This document shows, one piece after another, positions 58,810 through 64,000 of a stretch of 64,000 bases of DNA. A model generated the notes under the pieces. That model was not told the DNA's origin. It was given only the letters and a program-made list of their open reading frames with translations, and did not search any database. The stretch comes from an uncultured bacterium (GTDB lineage Bacteria; Babelota; Babeliae; Babelales; Babelaceae). The stretch is from NCBI GenBank assembly GCA_963722385.1, contig CAVRKK010000002.1, forward strand, positions 1,056,001 through 1,120,000, given 5' to 3'. A program made the position numbers and the translations under genes. The stretch's first letter is position 1. Each line of letters starts with the position of its first letter.

Positions 58810-61755
58810 CTATAAATTAAATGACTGTAGTGTCAATACGGCTGGTTGACCTGATGAGCAAGAGCCAAAATAAGCATGCTGTCTTCGTAAGATAGAACCG
58901 GATATTTGAGTGTTAATACGCAAGGGTCTGTTATTTACTCTTTCAACAAGGTTATCAACAAGCCAAGCACCACAGTCAACATCACCTGATTGTTGGTCGG
59001 TATGCAAAACAGTAAAGTCTATGTTTACATCAGCGAGACCAGCCGCATCATAAACCATTTTTGCTACAGCCCACTGCTGTTTGTCTTGTAAATCAGTTAG
59101 TTGCTTAATGGTAAAGTCTGCAGCCGGCGACATTAGAGAATCAATGTATTCTACCTGGTAGTGTGAGTCTTGGATATGGTGAATTACTAGGCCCACCCAA
59201 TGGTTACCCGGCATAGTAATATCATACTGATCAATGACTTCATCTGTTAGATTAACAGGGATAACGCTAGGAACGCCAGATGTAAATGCTTCCTGTAATC
59301 GATTCCTAAAATCATTTTGGGCGCTATTGCTAAGCTGACCTTGTATAAAGGGATGAGCTGCGCTCAGTATTCTTGCTTGAAAATCATCATTGTCAGAGCG
59401 TAGATAATTATGCAAAAGAGCGTTAATCTCAGTTTCTTGGTAAAAGTGGTCTTGATTCATTAATTGCGGTAAAATGCGTTGCTGCTCAGAACAAGCTATG
59501 CTGGCATCTAAATATTGGTTGGTAACGCTTTTTATCACTTCAAGTAATATCTGTTGTCGAGTTCTATCTTTACTTATTACTAAGGCTTCTTGTTGTTCGC
59601 TAAGCCCTAGCTTATCTGCAAAATCTGATAACGAGGTCTCAGTTAATTTTGACAGCATATCCTTAATCGAATCCCAAATCTTTCTATTAACAAGTTGAAA
59701 TCCCGGAATTTCAGTAGAACTCTTCTCGGGTATTCCAAAGTTTTGTCTTATATTTCTTAAAACATGGACCATATTGCGCAAATCAACATGGATATCGCTT
59801 CTTGTAAAAATCCTTCCCGTATCAGCTTCAAAGCTTAATAAGCCATCCCTATTAATATATACTAAAATTCCTCCGCTTTGCCTTGCTTCTTCTTTAGCTA
59901 TCTCAATTAATAAAACTTCATGATATGAAGCTAGCCATTCAGAAAGCAGTTCAATGATCAAATCTCTTAAGGTTGACTCAGGCTTAGAGTTTATGATAAA
60001 GTACTTGAAAGAATTATAGAGTACTTCATTGAGTCCATATTTTATAGTGTTAATTGATCTCTTTTCTTGATAGGTTCCCTTAAAAGAAGGATATTTAGCA
60101 ACATGTTGGTATACTATATTTTGAGCAGGTATAAAACTTAAAAAAGTGGTTTCTTTTTCGGGAGCTATATCATCTTTTATAACAACTCGTGCTTGCTTGT
60201 CTAATTGTGATATTTTATTAGGCTTATCATGCAAAAGTATTTCATCTAGCGTATGAAGCGAAATATATACTTTACCAGCATGGCTATATTCGATTAAACC
60301 ATCATTATTATAACGGGGGTAAAAGGGATGCTCATAGTAGTTTTTTAGTCCATACGTGTACTTAAGCGTATGATAAGGCCTATCGCCTGTAGCGATAGCA
60401 GGATTATGTGCACTAGGAAGCATTTTTGCCCAATAATCAGGATATCTGATTCTGAGTTCTTGTATCTTTCTTAAATGATCATCGATACCATTGCTAAACC
60501 TATTTTGCAAGCAATCAGAAATACTATTGAATAAATATGGTTGTGTAAAGCTGTAATCAACACACGGTCCTGAATTCTCAAGCTGTCTAAATAATTTTTT
60601 GAGTCTTGTTGCTTCTGCTAGCAGGTGGTCTCGTAAATCGGGGCGTAGCGTAAAATCATTTTTAGCATTAAGTTCTGTGTATATACAGTAATGTAAGGTT
60701 TTAAGTACCATTTCACAGTATTGGTAACAATTTTCTTCCTGCATTTGCCTATGGTATCTTCGTGCATCAGCGCTCCAACGGTCGAGCATATAGTTAATAC
60801 CTCGATATTGAGCAACTAAGAATTTTGTTTTTATGTTGTTTAATTCATTCTGAGTGATCTGCCTACGTTCTCGCAGTATTTGGTTAATGCGTTTAAGATC
60901 TTCTTGAGCTTCTTTGGTTATCTCTTGAGCAAGACTTGCTCGCTGTTGCCTATCCTTAATAACTGTTAATTCTTTTAAAGGTTTACAGCCTTTTTTTCCT
61001 TTTGCTTTCTTCAGGCCCTGTAATATTCCAATAACATAATCATCAGAAATTTCTCTTGCTTCATGCCTTAGTCTTAGGTTGTTCAATCTTCCTTGTAAGC
61101 CCGCATTTACGCCTTTCTTATTCCCTACAGATTTTGCAGGCGATGATCCCTTTGTTGCTCTTACAGTTCTTAGCCAAAAGGAAGTGGTTTGATAATCAGA
61201 TTGAGCTTTTAGCCGGCTTGCTTTTTTGTTCTGCTCATTGTTGTAAGCTAATTCATCCTCACTGTCTGAGTCATCGGAAAGTTCGTCACCATAATACCTT
61301 CCAATTCTTGCAACCTCCGCCTTGAAAAATTGACGTAGTTCATTATCACTCTTATTATTAAAGTCTGGGCGTATCAAGTTAATTGCTTGTCTTATGGTAT
61401 TTAGATTGTTTAAGGATATTTGAGTTTGTGTTTGCGTATGTTCATCCACCTTGCCTAATTCATCATCACGTATAAATTTTTTATGCCTTGTTAGCTTGTA
61501 GAGGTATTTATCGATCAGTTTGACGAGTAGTTGATTGTCACCTTCGATAAGTTCTTGACGATAGTTTATTGTATGATCACCAATAATAAGTTGCTCAATG
61601 CCCGCTTGTACGACTTGCTCTTCTTTTTTTATAGAAAAAATTCCCTGATGATCGCGGTAGAGATATGACTTCGAAAGTTCCATTGATAAACTTTTTAGGC
61701 TTGCCAAAAATAGAATAGATAAAAGTGCTATAGTTACTAGCTTTCGATTTAACAT
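58810..61755 (-). CDS. Large secreted effector: ART-like central domain + C-terminal CE-clan (Ulp1/deubiquitinase-like) protease
   Basis: Signal peptide; GNHWVGLVI, YIDSL, QQSGDVDCGAW (H-D-Q-C order); YRG...IATG...EKE motifs. Confidence 0.75.
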   Translation of the reverse strand: MLNRKLVTIALLSILFLASLKSLSMELSKSYLYRDHQGIFSIKKEEQVVQAGIEQLIIGDHTINYRQELIEGDNQLLVKLIDKYLYKLTRHKKFIRDDELGKVDEHTQTQTQISLNNLNTIRQAINLIRPDFNNKSDNELRQFFKAEVARIGRYYGDELSDDSDSEDELAYNNEQNKKASRLKAQSDYQTTSFWLRTVRATKGSSPAKSVGNKKGVNAGLQGRLNNLRLRHEAREISDDYVIGILQGLKKAKGKKGCKPLKELTVIKDRQQRASLAQEITKEAQEDLKRINQILRERRQITQNELNNIKTKFLVAQYRGINYMLDRWSADARRYHRQMQEENCYQYCEMVLKTLHYCIYTELNAKNDFTLRPDLRDHLLAEATRLKKLFRQLENSGPCVDYSFTQPYLFNSISDCLQNRFSNGIDDHLRKIQELRIRYPDYWAKMLPSAHNPAIATGDRPYHTLKYTYGLKNYYEHPFYPRYNNDGLIEYSHAGKVYISLHTLDEILLHDKPNKISQLDKQARVVIKDDIAPEKETTFLSFIPAQNIVYQHVAKYPSFKGTYQEKRSINTIKYGLNEVLYNSFKYFIINSKPESTLRDLIIELLSEWLASYHEVLLIEIAKEEARQSGGILVYINRDGLLSFEADTGRIFTRSDIHVDLRNMVHVLRNIRQNFGIPEKSSTEIPGFQLVNRKIWDSIKDMLSKLTETSLSDFADKLGLSEQQEALVISKDRTRQQILLEVIKSVTNQYLDASIACSEQQRILPQLMNQDHFYQETEINALLHNYLRSDNDDFQARILSAAHPFIQGQLSNSAQNDFRNRLQEAFTSGVPSVIPVNLTDEVIDQYDITMPGNHWVGLVIHHIQDSHYQVEYIDSLMSPAADFTIKQLTDLQDKQQWAVAKMVYDAAGLADVNIDFTVLHTDQQSGDVDCGAWLVDNLVERVNNRPLRINTQISGSILRRQHAYFGSCSSGQPAVLTLQSFNL

Positions 61756-62149
61756 GGCAACTCCTCAGGTATCATACATCGTTATGCCAAGTAAGGCTAA
61801 CAAATTACGAATTTTAATCAAATTTATCATAGGCCTATACGCCTAGGCAGAGCCTCATTTTAGTGAGTTGTGATTTAAAAATAAGCGTATTTGTGCTGCC
61901 ATCTCTCTTTGACTATGAGGCTCAGCGCGATGAGCGCGGCGACCATATCGCTTGGCCTCTGTTCTGCCGCTTACGTAAGCCAGATCGTTTGTGGTGCTCT
62001 ACATGCATTGCCTGTAGGGCAATGGGATATGTGCTTTGTGCTCGGCTATTCGAAGGTACAAGCGCTGCGTTTGGTGATTTTGCCGAAGTAATACGCGATA
62101 CGCTTCCTGCATTTACGAATGAACTCGATCAGCTGCTTAAAACGACTGC

Positions 62150-62418
62150 CGTTATCTCGTCGATAGGCCTGCCATGCTTGTGTTAAATGAGCCCACATCG
62201 GCACTGATCCTGAAAATACCGCCGTTATCGTGGCCCTGTTGGAGCGGTTGGCCAAGCAGGGTGTCGGTATTGTTGTTTCAAGCCAGGATATGAATTTTGT
62301 TCAGCGAATCATTGATAAAGTTTGTTTAGTAGAACAAGGCGAAATTATTGCAGAATTCGATAAAAGGCAGGATGAAATGATCGCGACAAGCGCGATTGCA
62401 CTATTTTTGAGTAAGTAA
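62150..62418 (+). pseudogene. C-terminal remnant of an ABC transporter ATPase
   Basis: PAMLVLNEPTSA/DPEN...GVGIVVSSQDMNFV...DKVCLVEQGEII with a frameshift. Confidence 0.7.
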
Positions 62419-62517
62419 TTTATTTGCGGTAGGGTACTCACGCCGAATTCTGTCAAGTCTTGTAAAAGGGCTCCATGTTTTGCCACGCTGAAATGAATCT
62501 TTTAATTCGAGGGGGAT

Positions 62518-63495
62518 ATGAGTATGGCTGCCAATAACCAAAGATCTTTGCTGAATCCGATCGCTCAAAAATTTATTGATAAGCTTGCTGCGCAAGGCGG
62601 CAAGCCGCTCTACGAGCTTTCGGTTGCTGATGCTCGCCAAGTTTTGGAATCGTTGCAGGCACCATTACCTGTGCAGGTTCCTGCTGATATCGAGGACATT
62701 ACGATTCCTGGTGGCCCCAAAAGGCAGGTTTCTCTCCGTATTGTTCGGCCGCAAGAGCGAAAGGATCGCTTGCCAGTCATTATGTATTTTCACGGCGGTG
62801 GCTGGATATTGGGGAGCAAGCAAACGCATGATCGCCTTATAAGGCTTATTGCTCAGAAGGTCGGTGCGGCAGTTGTTTTTGTTAATTTTAGCCGTTCCCC
62901 TGAAGAGAAATATCCTGTTGCCATTGAAGAAGCGTATGCAGCAACCACGTATATCGCCGAACATGGAGCTGAACATAATCTTGAGGGATCTCAGCTGGCA
63001 GTTGCTGGCGATAGCGTGGGCGGCAACATGGCAACCGTTATGGCGATTATGGCAAAGCAGCATAGCGGACCTCGTATAGCTTATCAGGTGCTGTTTTACC
63101 CGGTGACTGATGCCAATTTTACGACCGGCTCATATGTTCAATATGCGCAAGGCCCTTGGTTGACAAAGGCGGCAATGGAATGGTTTTGGGATGCCTATGC
63201 TCCCGATCAGGCAACCAGAGAGAAGATCACCGTGAGTCCCTTGCGTGCATCGCTTCAAGAGCTTACGGGCCTCCCGCCAGCGCTGGTAATTACTGATGAA
63301 TGTGATGTTCTCCGTGATGAGGGTGAAGCTTACGCTCATAAGCTTGCAAAGGCTGGTGTTGAGGTTACCGCGGTTCGTTGCCTGGGAATCTGCCATGATT
63401 TTGTTATGCTCAATGCCTTGAGTGAAACGCCAGCAGCAAAGACCGCATTAGAATTAGCGTACTGGAAGCTCCGGCAAGCGCTCGGCAAAAAATAG
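62518..63495 (+). CDS. HSL-family esterase/lipase
   Basis: FHGGGW, AGDSVGG, DVLRDEG, HDF. Confidence 0.93.
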   Translation: MSMAANNQRSLLNPIAQKFIDKLAAQGGKPLYELSVADARQVLESLQAPLPVQVPADIEDITIPGGPKRQVSLRIVRPQERKDRLPVIMYFHGGGWILGSKQTHDRLIRLIAQKVGAAVVFVNFSRSPEEKYPVAIEEAYAATTYIAEHGAEHNLEGSQLAVAGDSVGGNMATVMAIMAKQHSGPRIAYQVLFYPVTDANFTTGSYVQYAQGPWLTKAAMEWFWDAYAPDQATREKITVSPLRASLQELTGLPPALVITDECDVLRDEGEAYAHKLAKAGVEVTAVRCLGICHDFVMLNALSETPAAKTALELAYWKLRQALGKK

Positions 63496-63660
63496 ACCGA
63501 AAACTTTTCCAGCTTCGCGCCTTTTTATAAAAATACTATAAGGTAAGCTACCGTCTCATAGTACCCATATCTTTAAGCTATTAATATTGCGATTAGCCAA
63601 TTATTATAGTATATTATACAATAAATCATTAATAAATACGGTCTTAAATGAGGGCGCGCT

Positions 63661-64000
63661 ATGAAAACGCATCAAGGCCTACTTCTTGTGATGATATCTC
63701 TTTTTTTTGGCATGTATAGTATGGAAAATCCTCATAAACGAGAACGAGGGCAAGAAATAGAAACTTCGAAACAACCGCAATTAAAAAAGAAAAAAATATT
63801 TAGCTCAGAAGAAATAAAAAAAGCAACCGAAGCGCTTATTCAAGCAATAAAAGATAATGATATTGAAAAGGCACAGCAAGCTCTTGATCAAGGTGCAAAT
63901 AAAAATGCTATTTATTCAGGAGCCTTCGTGAACGAAGGCATGTACCCGGGGTCTCTCATGCTCCTCGCAATGAAAATGTTTAACCAGTTTCTTGCTAAAG
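63661..64000 (+). CDS. Secreted ankyrin-like protein, runs off the window
   Basis: MKTHQGLLLVMISLFFGMYSMENPHKRER...LKKKK...LIQAIKDNDIEKAQQALDQGANKN. Confidence 0.75.
   Translation, partial: MKTHQGLLLVMISLFFGMYSMENPHKRERGQEIETSKQPQLKKKKIFSSEEIKKATEALIQAIKDNDIEKAQQALDQGANKNAIYSGAFVNEGMYPGSLMLLAMKMFNQFLAK

Overview
Bacterial chromosome segment whose content (many signal-peptide ankyrin proteins, cPLA2-like lipase, beta-propeller surface proteins, AAA_14/DUF4143 ATPases, few housekeeping genes) suggests an obligate intracellular parasite of protists, most plausibly Candidatus Dependentiae/Babeliae (inference). Housekeeping or recognisable genes: uppS (partial), two HAD hydrolases, MBL hydrolase, cysteine synthase, GT4, cutA, a degenerate cdaA-cdaR pair, yjjX, trpS, FAD oxidoreductase, uvrD/pcrA, Ku, ATP-dependent ligase, umuDC and an HSL esterase. 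Accessory content: a complete IS630 (TIRs and TA duplication), a frameshifted IS701-like element, IS3-like end remnants, an AbiE type IV TA pair with a perfect operator palindrome, and truncated MNT/HEPN, DUF4143 and FAD-oxidase remnants. The most striking system is a polymorphic toxin locus at ~32.6-38.1 kb. Two near-identical N-termini (signal peptide + Hint domain ending VHN + Gly-rich hydrophobic segment) carry unrelated C-terminal tips. They are followed by translationally coupled immunity-like genes, including three paralogous internally duplicated ones, and by orphan toxin-tip remnants. Also notable: a 981-aa secreted protein with ART-like R-S/T-E motifs plus a C-terminal CE-clan protease, a recurrent Met-Glu right after the signal peptides of putative effectors, and direct repeats bracketing accessory genes. 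Several frameshifts lie in homopolymers and may be sequencing errors. All family assignments come from motif recognition, not database searches.
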